The notes: a model not told the origin generated them from the sequence alone. 32,000 nucleotides of DNA from Candidatus Arthromitus sp. SFB-rat-Yit (GCF_000283555.1 NC_016012.1:570001-602000), one strand, 5' to 3'. Numbered from the stretch's first letter, positions 8,304 through 15,759 are shown. Numbers and translations are program-made.

Positions 8304-8317
8304 GTTTACTTATTTAG

Positions 8318-8518
8318 CTATCTGCAAAGTAAAGAGTAAAGTGCAATTAGTCCAAGTGTGCTACCATATCCACACCCATTTCCCCAAAATCCTCCGTTGT
8401 TTCCGCAACCACATCCACAACCAGAATACATAGGATAGCAACTATAACTAGGGAAATTATTGCAGTAGGAATATGGCATCATACAGTTTGTATATCCATA
8501 AGAATTACAACAGCTCAT
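8318..8518 (-). CDS. 66-aa Cys/Gly/Tyr-rich small protein with hydrophobic C-terminal tail (possible spore-associated protein)
   Basis: AGAGGAG RBS 9 nt upstream of ATG. 10 Cys, 12 Gly and 9 Tyr, with only one charged residue (R66). GCGCGCG core. C-terminal STLGLIALYSLLC segment. Lies 66 nt downstream of the carboxypeptidase gene with no visible terminator in between. Confidence 0.6.
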   Translation of the reverse strand: MSCCNSYGYTNCMMPYSYCNNFPSYSCYPMYSGCGCGCGNNGGFWGNGCGYGSTLGLIALYSLLCR

Positions 8519-8584
8519 TGTGTTTTGCTCCTCTTTATTTTAAATTTTGTTTATAGGATATACTACGTAAAAGAAAAAAATTTG

Positions 8585-9679
8585 TTACTCGGATTTATAA
8601 TTTTTGTTGAGAATAGGGCAAATATAAATCTGTTCTTCATTTTCAAAAATTTTAAGCGTTCCTAAATTTTCAAACTCATTAATATCATCACTATCTTTTG
8701 AATTTTTGATGTTATCATTGAGTGTAATAACACTTTTAGCTTCCATCCCCTTTTTAATAGGAACAACTACATCTTCCTTTAACATACCTTCAATCTTAAT
8801 GCCATTCTCTAAACTTTCATCAATAATCAAATCATTTGCGGAAAATAATTTCTTGTATTCATAGTTGTCTTTTGCAAAATTGTAAAGCCATTCGCTTGAT
8901 TTCCATCTTGGAGTACAGTTCAAAACAACAACGACAATTTCATTATCATCACCCATGTTAAATGATGACACTAAACATTTACCAGCTTGCCCTGTGTACC
9001 CCGTCTTTGTGCCCGTTGCTTGAGGGACCATGTATAAAATTTTGTTTATATTTTGATATGATCTTGAAAATCCCGTGTCTGTATATTCTTTGGTCTTTGA
9101 AAGTTCATTAAAAAACTCAATCTCTTTTGTCTTTGATGTAAGCAATGCTAAATCATATGCAGTTGAATAATGGTTCTGGCTGTCAAGACCATGAGGAGAT
9201 TCAAAATGTGAATCAATAATTCCAATTTCTTTTGCATATTCGTTCATGAGATCACAAAATTCTTCTATCGATCCAGCAACCCCTTCAGCGATTGCAATCG
9301 CTGCATCATTTCCAGATTTAAACATAAGCCCATAAATAAGTTCTCTTAAAGAAATTTCTTCATCTTTTTTATATCCAACCTTTGATCCTCTAATTGATGA
9401 GGCATTAGCAGAAATTTTAAATTTTTGATCCAAATCACCATATTTAATAGCCACTAGTGAAGTAAGTATTTTTGTTGTACTTGCCATTGGTAAAATATTA
9501 CGAGCATTTTTATCAAAAAGTATCCTGTGAGTCTTTGCGTCAATAACAATAGCGGCATGAGCATTTAAGTCGTAAGGCTTTTGACTTTTAACGCTAGAAG
9601 AATAAGCATCTATATGTACACTCGAGAGACTAAACAATATACAAAGTATAGCTACCAAAATTTTAGAAAAATTTTTCAA
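8585..9679 (-). CDS. D-alanyl-D-alanine carboxypeptidase (peptidase S11, PBP5-type)
   Basis: TTG start with AGGTGGTGA RBS. Signal peptide present. SxxK (ASTTK), SxN (SGND) and KTG (KTGYT) motifs occur in the correct order. Confidence 0.9.
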   Translation of the reverse strand: MKNFSKILVAILCILFSLSSVHIDAYSSSVKSQKPYDLNAHAAIVIDAKTHRILFDKNARNILPMASTTKILTSLVAIKYGDLDQKFKISANASSIRGSKVGYKKDEEISLRELIYGLMFKSGNDAAIAIAEGVAGSIEEFCDLMNEYAKEIGIIDSHFESPHGLDSQNHYSTAYDLALLTSKTKEIEFFNELSKTKEYTDTGFSRSYQNINKILYMVPQATGTKTGYTGQAGKCLVSSFNMGDDNEIVVVVLNCTPRWKSSEWLYNFAKDNYEYKKLFSANDLIIDESLENGIKIEGMLKEDVVVPIKKGMEAKSVITLNDNIKNSKDSDDINEFENLGTLKIFENEEQIYICPILNKNYKSE

Positions 9680-9823
9680 AGACTATCACCACCTAAAAAT
9701 AAAATATATTAGTATAGTATGATTAATTAAAATAAAAACTATTCTTAGTAAACTTTTGCATAATAGAGGATATATTTGTAAATAACTAATTTAAAATGAG
9801 AACTTAAGATGGTGGTTGATATC

Positions 9824-10408
9824 ATGATAAAAATATTAATTATCTTTCTTATCATTTTAATTTTTTTCATTTCGGTAAAAATAAGATTTGATTTGAGAAT
9901 TGAAAATAATAAATTAGATTTTGAAGTTTACTTGTGGAGAATCAATTTAACAAATTTGATTATCAAAAATAAAAAGGTAAAGAAAAATGACAATGAAGAA
10001 TTAATAAAATCCCTAAAAGAGAAGAGGGGAATGGACATAAAAATTTCCATAAAAATCTTTAAAGAAATTTTGTCAAGAATTAAATATTTAAAACACAAAC
10101 CAAAATTTACAATCACAAATACAATTGAGTTTGGAATGGAAGATGCAGACATCACAGCAATTTTATATGGACATTTAAATACAATTGTATATTCTATATT
10201 CAATATAATATCGTCTTACGTAAATACACGAGATAGCAAAATCGAAATAATTCCAAAATATAACACATTACTTTTTAAATTACAATTCAAAGGTATATTA
10301 AAAATAAAAATAGCCCAAATTATTTACATAACTTTTTTATTTATTACTCTAGGGAGGAAATTAAATGGAACAACATCCAATAGAAAACTTAATGAAAACT
10401 ACTCTTGA
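9824..10408 (+). CDS. ytfI: YtfI-like sporulation membrane protein (DUF2953-like)
   Basis: N-terminal TM segment IKILIIFLIILIFFISV. Its 3' end overlaps the start of ytfJ. Start 9824 is preferred (GGTGG 8 nt upstream) over the tracked 9809. Assignment rests mainly on synteny with ytfJ. Confidence 0.5.
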   Translation: MIKILIIFLIILIFFISVKIRFDLRIENNKLDFEVYLWRINLTNLIIKNKKVKKNDNEELIKSLKEKRGMDIKISIKIFKEILSRIKYLKHKPKFTITNTIEFGMEDADITAILYGHLNTIVYSIFNIISSYVNTRDSKIEIIPKYNTLLFKLQFKGILKIKIAQIIYITFLFITLGRKLNGTTSNRKLNENYS

Positions 10409-10751
10409 AAATATAAAAGATATGATCGATGTTAATACAATTATAGGAAATCCTATTACTACGCCAGATGGTACAACAATAATTCCTATATCAAAAGTTG
10501 GATTTGGATTTGGTACAGGTGGATCTGACCTTCCAATGCCAGAAAATGCAACTAGTACGGTAAAACCAAATTTATTTGGTGGAGGAGCAGGTGCAGGTAT
10601 ATCTATTAAACCTGTTGCGTTCTTGGCAGTAAGAGAGGACGCCATAAGATTATTGCCAATAGATCACAACAACTCATACGAAAAAATAATAGACTCAATC
10701 CCTCAACTAGTTGAAACATTTAAAGGAATGTTTGGTAAAGATGAGAATTAA
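10365..10751 (+). CDS. ytfJ: Sporulation protein YtfJ (GerW family)
   Basis: 128 aa. The pattern ...TPDGTTIIPISKVGFGFGTGGSD...GGGAGAGISIKPVAFLAV is characteristic of YtfJ/GerW. GGGAGG RBS. Confidence 0.85.
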   Translation: MEQHPIENLMKTTLENIKDMIDVNTIIGNPITTPDGTTIIPISKVGFGFGTGGSDLPMPENATSTVKPNLFGGGAGAGISIKPVAFLAVREDAIRLLPIDHNNSYEKIIDSIPQLVETFKGMFGKDEN

Positions 10752-10762
10752 ATAAATACTTG

Positions 10763-10803
10763 AAGACTTTCGGTGCGATTATGCAACCGAGAGTCTTTTT
10801 TAT
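10763..10803 (+). terminator. Rho-independent terminator after ytfJ
   Basis: AAGACTTTCGGT pairs with ACCGAGAGTCTT (one G-T pair), followed by TTTTTT. Confidence 0.8.
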
Positions 10804-10832
10804 TATATTTTTCATCTATTATAAAATTATTG

Positions 10833-10863
10833 TTGACTTGGAGTTAACTTTAAATTTTATAAT
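10833..10863 (+). promoter_or_regulatory. MerR-type promoter with 19-bp spacer
   Basis: TTGACT (10833-10838), a 19-nt spacer containing the palindrome AGTTAACT, then TATAAT (10858-10863). It lies 40 nt upstream of the MerR-like HTH ORF. Confidence 0.6.
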
Positions 10864-10902
10864 CTATTTTATTATTGAAGCAGATGATGTAGGAGGATAC
10901 TA

Positions 10903-11964
10903 ATGACAATAAAAGAAGTATGTGAAAAATATGGAATTAGTGCAGACACTCTTAGATATTACGAAAAAGTTGGAGTAGTTCCACCAGTTACCCGTACTAA
11001 TGGGGGATTTCGTTTTTATACTGAAAAAGATATTGAATGGGTGGAAAATGCTATTTGTATGCGTAATGCAGGGCTTTCGGTAGAAATGTTATCGGAATAT
11101 GTTCGTCTGTTTCAAGAAGGAGATAGTACCATTCCGGCAAGACTATCTTTACTTATAGAAGCAAATGAAACAAATGATATGATTGCCTATGCATGGGGAC
11201 TTGGTATTAATTTCATAGACACTGCAAATTTTTATGGCGGTGGAACAAGTGAAGAGTATACGGGGAGGGCATTAAAAAATATTGGAATACCTAGGGATAA
11301 AGTTATTCTTGCATCTAAAGTTTATTTTAATGAGGGAAAACTTTCTCGTAATGCGATTTTGAGAGAAATTGATGGTACATTGTCACGTCTTGGTACAGAT
11401 TATCTGGATTTATATTTGATTCATAGATTTGATTATGATACACCAATAGAGGAAACTATGGAGGCTTTAGATTCACTTGTAAAATCAGGGAAAGTTTGTG
11501 CTTTAGGTGTATCAGCGATGTATGGATATCAATTCCATAATATGCAAGTTTGTGCGGAACAAAATGGATGGACAAAATTCTCAACTATGCAAAATCATTA
11601 TAATATTTTGCATCGTGAAGATGAGAGGGAACTTATTCCAATCTGTAAACAGTATAATGTTTTCTTAAATTCCATATAGTCCATTAGCAGGTGACACTTG
11701 ACTCGTATTGAGTGGGAATCTGGTAGTAAACGTAGTAACACAGATAGTTATTTAAAAATCAAATATGATGTTTCTATGGCACATATTGCTCTAGCATGGC
11801 ACTGGAAAAAAGGTGTTGCATCACCAATTGTTGGGGCAACAAAAATTTCTCATTTGGATGGAGCAGTGAAAGCTCTTGATCTAGAGTTATCAGATAGTGA
11901 TGTGATTTATCTTGAAGAATTATATAGGGTACATGAAGTAATTCTGACTAAAGTAGAAAATTAA
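10903..11964 (+). pseudogene. Decayed MerR-family HTH :: aldo/keto reductase fusion (interrupted by two stops)
   Basis: Residues 1 to about 85 are a MerR HTH (MTIKEVCEKYGISADTLRYYEKVGVV...FRFYTEKDIEWV). From about residue 90 the same frame reads AKR sequence starting mid-domain (GINFIDTANFYGGGTSEEYTGRAL, LYLIHRFD). The ORFs 10903-11679 and 11698-11964 share one frame but are separated by TAG 11677 and TGA 11692. The AKR motif PYSPLAG is readable only in a shifted frame, at 11672-11692. Confidence 0.7.
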
Positions 11965-12012
11965 AAAGTTTTAAACCTGTATAATAAGAATTAGAAAAGT
12001 GAGATAATTAAA

Positions 12013-12990
12013 ATGAATGGTGAAAAATTAATATTAACAAATATTTGGGATAAAACATTTCCGAAAAGTGATAAAGTGAATCACCAAAAAGTAACTTTTT
12101 ATAATCGTTATGGTATTACATTAGCTGCAGATCTTTATATTCCAAAGAATGTTTCTGGAAAGTTAGCTGCTATAGCAGTTAGTGGACCTTTTGGAGCTGT
12201 AAAAGAACAAGCATCAGGTTTATATGCACAAACTATGGCAGAAAGAGGTTTTTTGACAATTGCATTTGATCCTTCTTTTACGGGCGAAAGTGGTGGTTAT
12301 CCACGATATGTAGCATCACCTGACATTAACACAGAAGATTTTCAGGCTGCAGTTGATTTTCTTTCTACGCATGAAAATTTTGATTCAGAAAAGATAGGTA
12401 TTATTGGTATATGTGGTTGGGGAGGTATGGCACTCAATGCTGCAGCCATTGATACTAGAATCAAAGCAACAGTTGCATCTACTATGTATGATATGACTCG
12501 TGTAACTGCAAATGGATATTTTGATTTTGAGGATAATGAGGATGCAAGGTATCAGAAACGAAAATCTATGAATGAGCAAAGAACTAAAGATTATAAAAAT
12601 GGAGCATATGCACTTGTGGGTGGAGTACTTGATCAAATACCGGAGAATGCTCCATTTTATTTAAAAGATTACTTTAGCTATTATAAAACAGATCGAGGAT
12701 ATCATGAACGTTCTTTAAATTCTAATGGTGGGTGGAATATAACATCTTCTTTATCATTTTTAAATATGCCAATTTTAAAGTATGCAAATGAAATTCAAAG
12801 TGCAGTCCTAATGATCCACGGAGAAAAAGCACATTCATGTTATTTCAGCAAAGATGCTTATGAAATGTTAAAAGGTAATAACAAAGAGTTATTAATTATT
12901 CCAGATGCTGTTCACATAGATTTATATGATAATCTTGAGGTTATTCCATTTGATAAAATGGATAGATTTTTCAATTTGAATTTAAAGTAA
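12013..12990 (+). CDS. Alpha/beta-fold hydrolase (dienelactone-hydrolase-like, Cys in nucleophile elbow)
   Basis: 325 aa. Nucleophile elbow reads G-I-C-G-W-G-G (Cys134, tgt 12412-12414). C-terminal ...IPDAVHIDLYD supplies a His. No terminator between it and the upstream pseudogene. Confidence 0.65.
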   Translation: MNGEKLILTNIWDKTFPKSDKVNHQKVTFYNRYGITLAADLYIPKNVSGKLAAIAVSGPFGAVKEQASGLYAQTMAERGFLTIAFDPSFTGESGGYPRYVASPDINTEDFQAAVDFLSTHENFDSEKIGIIGICGWGGMALNAAAIDTRIKATVASTMYDMTRVTANGYFDFEDNEDARYQKRKSMNEQRTKDYKNGAYALVGGVLDQIPENAPFYLKDYFSYYKTDRGYHERSLNSNGGWNITSSLSFLNMPILKYANEIQSAVLMIHGEKAHSCYFSKDAYEMLKGNNKELLIIPDAVHIDLYDNLEVIPFDKMDRFFNLNLK

Positions 12991-12995
12991 ATTTT

Positions 12996-13030
12996 AAGTA
13001 TGGATTAATATTCCATACTTTTTTTGTTTT
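12996..13030 (+). terminator. Rho-independent terminator after the hydrolase
   Basis: AAGTATGGA pairs with TCCATACTT, followed by TTTTTGTTTT. Confidence 0.75.
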
Positions 13031-13241
13031 ATGAGTTCTTTAATAAATAAAAAATACATAAATATATAAGGTATAAATATTAAAAAACCCCGTTTAATAC
13101 AACAAATGTTAAATATATTTTTATTTTAAAAGATACTTTAAGCTTATAAGTTGGAGAATAAAGGATAAGAAAAATAGTTATAATTATGAGTTTTTAAATT
13201 TGAATATATTGTATGTGTCTTAACAATTTAGGAGGGTAATA

Positions 13242-13574
13242 ATGGCAAGGTTAAGTAAGCAAATCAAAAACAAACTTGTCGCTTATGTAAATAATCGAGA
13301 AAAAGGAAAAAAAGCCGGCCAAGCTATTATGGAATTTTATGCATTAAATGAAGAAGAACTTAAGAAATATCAAGATGATGTACCGATGGAAGAATTTATA
13401 CAAAAGTTATATATAGCATATAGAAATGAATATTTTCTAAAAAGTGTTGCTAATAAGAACATAAAAATGGTACCAGTCGAAACTGATAAAGATAAATTGT
13501 TAAATGAACTTGGGGAAACTATAGATAAAATGAATGAGTTATATAATAAAGTTAAAAAGATGTTTAATGCCTAG
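13242..13574 (+). CDS. Hypothetical 110-aa protein (K/E-rich, predicted helical), no family recognised
   Basis: AGGAGGG RBS 7 nt upstream of ATG. It has its own terminator downstream. No motif I can name. Confidence 0.55.
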   Translation: MARLSKQIKNKLVAYVNNREKGKKAGQAIMEFYALNEEELKKYQDDVPMEEFIQKLYIAYRNEYFLKSVANKNIKMVPVETDKDKLLNELGETIDKMNELYNKVKKMFNA

Positions 13575-13584
13575 CTGAATAAAG

Positions 13585-13620
13585 ACATGTTGACTTATTA
13601 ATAAGTAACATGTTTTTATT
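13585..13620 (+). terminator. Rho-independent terminator after the 110-aa gene
   Basis: ACATGTTGACTTATT pairs with AATAAGTAACATGT (one bulge), followed by TTTTT. Confidence 0.7.
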
Positions 13621-13640
13621 TTACAATTCAGTATAAAAAT

Positions 13641-13669
13641 TTGTTATTTGAGCAATTTTATTATAGAAT
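13641..13669 (+). promoter_or_regulatory. Candidate sigma-A promoter for rpiB
   Basis: TTGTTA, N17, TAGAAT. Chance matches are common in such AT-rich DNA. Confidence 0.35.
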
Positions 13670-13722
13670 CAAAGTACGTAATACATAAATAATTATTGTT
13701 AAATAAGAAGGAGTTAACTTTT

Positions 13723-14172
13723 ATGAATATATATATTTCGTCAGATCATGCAGGATATGAGCTTAAATTTAATTTAATTTCTATGATGATTGAAAAATTT
13801 AAAGATTATGAAGTTTTTGATTGTGGACCATACTCAGAAGAATCAGTTGATTATCCAGTATTTGCTGAAAAAACTTGTGAAAAGGTTTTATCTGACGTAC
13901 AAAGTTTAGGAATATTGATATGTGGTACAGGCATTGGAATGAGCATGGCGGCAAATAAAATAAAAGGAATACGCGCAGCTTTATGTAATGATATATTTAG
14001 TGCTAGTCTTGCAAGGAAACACAATGATGCAAATATTTTAGTTCTTGGATCAAGAGTAATTGGATCTGGATTAGCTCAAGAAATTGTAGCATCTTTTTTG
14101 CAGAATAAGTTTGAAGGTGGAAGACATAGTGAAAGATTAGCATTAATAAAAAATTTAGAAAATAGAAACTAA
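13723..14172 (+). CDS. rpiB: Ribose-5-phosphate isomerase B (RpiB/LacAB family)
   Basis: MNIYISSDHAGYELK... and the CGTGIGMSMAANK active-site loop. AAGGAG RBS before ATG 13723, whereas the tracked start 13696 lacks an RBS. Confidence 0.88.
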   Translation: MNIYISSDHAGYELKFNLISMMIEKFKDYEVFDCGPYSEESVDYPVFAEKTCEKVLSDVQSLGILICGTGIGMSMAANKIKGIRAALCNDIFSASLARKHNDANILVLGSRVIGSGLAQEIVASFLQNKFEGGRHSERLALIKNLENRN

Positions 14173-14233
14173 TCGTATATTAACACAAAAAAAGTACAAA
14201 CTATCTGTGTAGCAATTTAAGGGGGATTTTGAC

Positions 14234-14380
14234 ATGGAAGTTTGTAAGAAGGAAGATTACAAAGAAGTTGCTAAAAGGGCAAGTAAATTATTAAAAGAAG
14301 GAATTGGAATTTCTGAAATTATTAATTCAACACAAAAAAGTTTAATTAATATTAAAAGATTAAATAAAAAAATTAAATAG
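14234..14380 (+). CDS. 48-aa mini-protein with a resolvase/sigma-70-region-4-like HTH pattern (not in ORF track)
   Basis: GGGGGA RBS 7 nt upstream. Sequence is MEVCKKEDYKEVAKRASKLLKEGIGISEIINSTQKSLINIKRLNKKIK. A strong terminator follows immediately. Confidence 0.45.
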   Translation: MEVCKKEDYKEVAKRASKLLKEGIGISEIINSTQKSLINIKRLNKKIK

Positions 14381-14392
14381 ATATGTATATTT

Positions 14393-14438
14393 ATGGATTA
14401 TTCTTTACTTATTTGAAAGTTGGAATAATCCATTTTTT
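14393..14438 (+). terminator. Rho-independent terminator after the 48-aa ORF
   Basis: Perfect 11-bp stem ATGGATTATTC / GAATAATCCAT, followed by TTTTTT. Confidence 0.8.
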
Positions 14439-14449
14439 AAATAATTTTA

Positions 14450-14478
14450 TTGAATTTAAATATTTTTATTTATATAAT
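14450..14478 (+). promoter_or_regulatory. Candidate sigma-A promoter for remA-gmk-rpoZ
   Basis: TTGAAT, N17, TATAAT, about 80 nt upstream of remA. Confidence 0.4.
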
Positions 14479-14559
14479 ATTCTTATTGTATTTTTATGTA
14501 TATTATATGCAGAATTTGGTTTTATTTATTTTTAAGCTGGATTAGAAGGATGATGATAT

Positions 14560-14841
14560 ATGAGTATAAGATTTATTAACATAGGTTTTGGGAATATAGT
14601 ATCTGCCAATAGATTAATTGCTATTGTAAGCCCTGAATCTGCTCCTATAAAGAGAATAGTAACTGAAGCTAGAAGTAGAGGAATGTTAATTGATGCTACG
14701 TATGGTAGGAGAACCAGAGCTGTCATAGTTACAGATAGTGATCATGTTATACTTTCTGCAGTACAACCAGATACTGTAGCACATAGATTAGATATTAAGG
14801 AAAATAGTTTGAAGGAACATTTGATGGAAGAGGATGAGTAG
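14560..14841 (+). CDS. remA: Extracellular matrix/biofilm regulator RemA (DUF370, YlzA)
   Basis: [77 protein letters not shown] is near-colinear with the RemA family sequence. Lies directly upstream of gmk. Confidence 0.92.
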   Translation: MSIRFINIGFGNIVSANRLIAIVSPESAPIKRIVTEARSRGMLIDATYGRRTRAVIVTDSDHVILSAVQPDTVAHRLDIKENSLKEHLMEEDE

Positions 14842-14847
14842 TATTTT

Positions 14848-15465
14848 ATGGGTGAAATTTATACTAAGGGATTATTAATTATTCTTTCTGGGCCTTCTGG
14901 TGTTGGAAAAGGTACGATTTGTAAAGAACTTATGAAAAAATATGATTATAAAGTTTCGATTTCTGCTACTACTAGGACTCCAAGAGAAGGAGAAGTTGAT
15001 GGAGTTAATTATTATTTTTTAGATAAAGATGTTTTTAAATTTAAAATTAAAAATAATGAATTTTTGGAATATGCTGAAGTTTACGGAAATTATTACGGAA
15101 CACTTAAAAGTCAAGTTGAAGAGGAATTGGATAAAGGAAATAATATCATACTCGAAATTGATATTCAAGGTAGTATGCAAGTGCAGAAAGTTTTTAAAAA
15201 TGCAGTATACATATTTTTATTGCCACCATCTATAAATGAGCTTAAAAGTAGAATTTTAAAGAGAGGTAGTGAAACTGAATCTTCGTTTAACTTGAGATTT
15301 TCTGCGGTTAGTGAAGAACTAAAATACATGGACAGCTATGATTATGCCGTTATAAATGATGATGTTGATAATGCGGTTGAAAGAGTAAACGGTATAATAA
15401 AAACCGAAATGAGCAGAATAAGTAGAATGAATTTAGAAAAATTTATTAATGGATATGTTTTCTAA
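14848..15465 (+). CDS. gmk: Guanylate kinase
   Basis: P-loop GPSGVGKGT, then SATTRTPREGEVDGVNYYF. 205 aa. Confidence 0.93.
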   Translation: MGEIYTKGLLIILSGPSGVGKGTICKELMKKYDYKVSISATTRTPREGEVDGVNYYFLDKDVFKFKIKNNEFLEYAEVYGNYYGTLKSQVEEELDKGNNIILEIDIQGSMQVQKVFKNAVYIFLLPPSINELKSRILKRGSETESSFNLRFSAVSEELKYMDSYDYAVINDDVDNAVERVNGIIKTEMSRISRMNLEKFINGYVF

Positions 15466-15483
15466 TTTTTAGGGGGGATTTTT

Positions 15484-15696
15484 GTGAAAGATTCTATTGT
15501 TCAACCATCTATAAGTGAACTTGTGAAGAAAGTAAATAATAAATTTTCTCTTGTTATACTTTCAGCAAAAGTTGCAAGACATAATATAGATAAGGATAAG
15601 GATGTAAAGAGAGATAAGCATATTAATTATTTAACTCAGTCTGTTCGTGATATTTATGATGATAAGATAGATTTTACTACAATTGATTCTGAATGA
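15484..15696 (+). CDS. rpoZ: DNA-directed RNA polymerase subunit omega
   Basis: GTG start after a GGGGGGA RBS. 70 aa. PSISELVKKVNNKFSLVILSAKVARH matches the omega N-terminal pattern. Position after gmk. Confidence 0.85.
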   Translation: MKDSIVQPSISELVKKVNNKFSLVILSAKVARHNIDKDKDVKRDKHINYLTQSVRDIYDDKIDFTTIDSE

Positions 15697-15706
15697 ATTT
15701 TTACAG

Positions 15707-15741
15707 ATACTTAGGTATAGATTGCCTAAGTATTTTATTTT
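15707..15741 (+). terminator. Terminator/attenuator hairpin between rpoZ and priA
   Basis: ATACTTAGG pairs with CCTAAGTAT (9 bp, 9-nt loop), followed by TTTTATTTT. Confidence 0.6.
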
Positions 15742-15759
15742 AATTTAATGGGAGATCTA

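Noticed and set aside
8318-8518. Cys-rich peptide as a RiPP/lanthipeptide/sactipeptide precursor
   Set aside because: No modification enzyme, radical-SAM maturase, leader peptidase or ABC exporter lies adjacent. There is no recognisable leader/core organisation. The neighbours are sporulation genes, so a structural spore protein is the more economical reading.
9714-9721. CATACTAT (- strand) as a sigma-E -10 for the carboxypeptidase gene
   Set aside because: No acceptable -35 (kmATATT) exists at 13-15 nt spacing, and such A/T-rich octamers occur by chance in this DNA. It is mentioned only as a weak candidate in a finding.
10361-10645. 94-aa - strand ORF opposite ytfJ
   Set aside because: It mirrors the Gly-rich YtfJ frame (giving a Pro/Ala-rich antisense product). 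No RBS or promoter context is visible, and ytfJ on the + strand has a clear family signature.
12991-13241. 250-nt intergenic region as a possible ncRNA, riboswitch or small-ORF locus
   Set aside because: Apart from the hydrolase terminator there are no stable GC-supported helices or conserved riboswitch cores. The small ATG-initiated frames terminate after 3-12 codons and lack an RBS.
15029-15235. 68-aa same-strand alternative-frame ORF within gmk
   Set aside because: It is fully embedded in guanylate kinase in another frame, has no RBS, and gives a low-complexity K/F/I-rich product.
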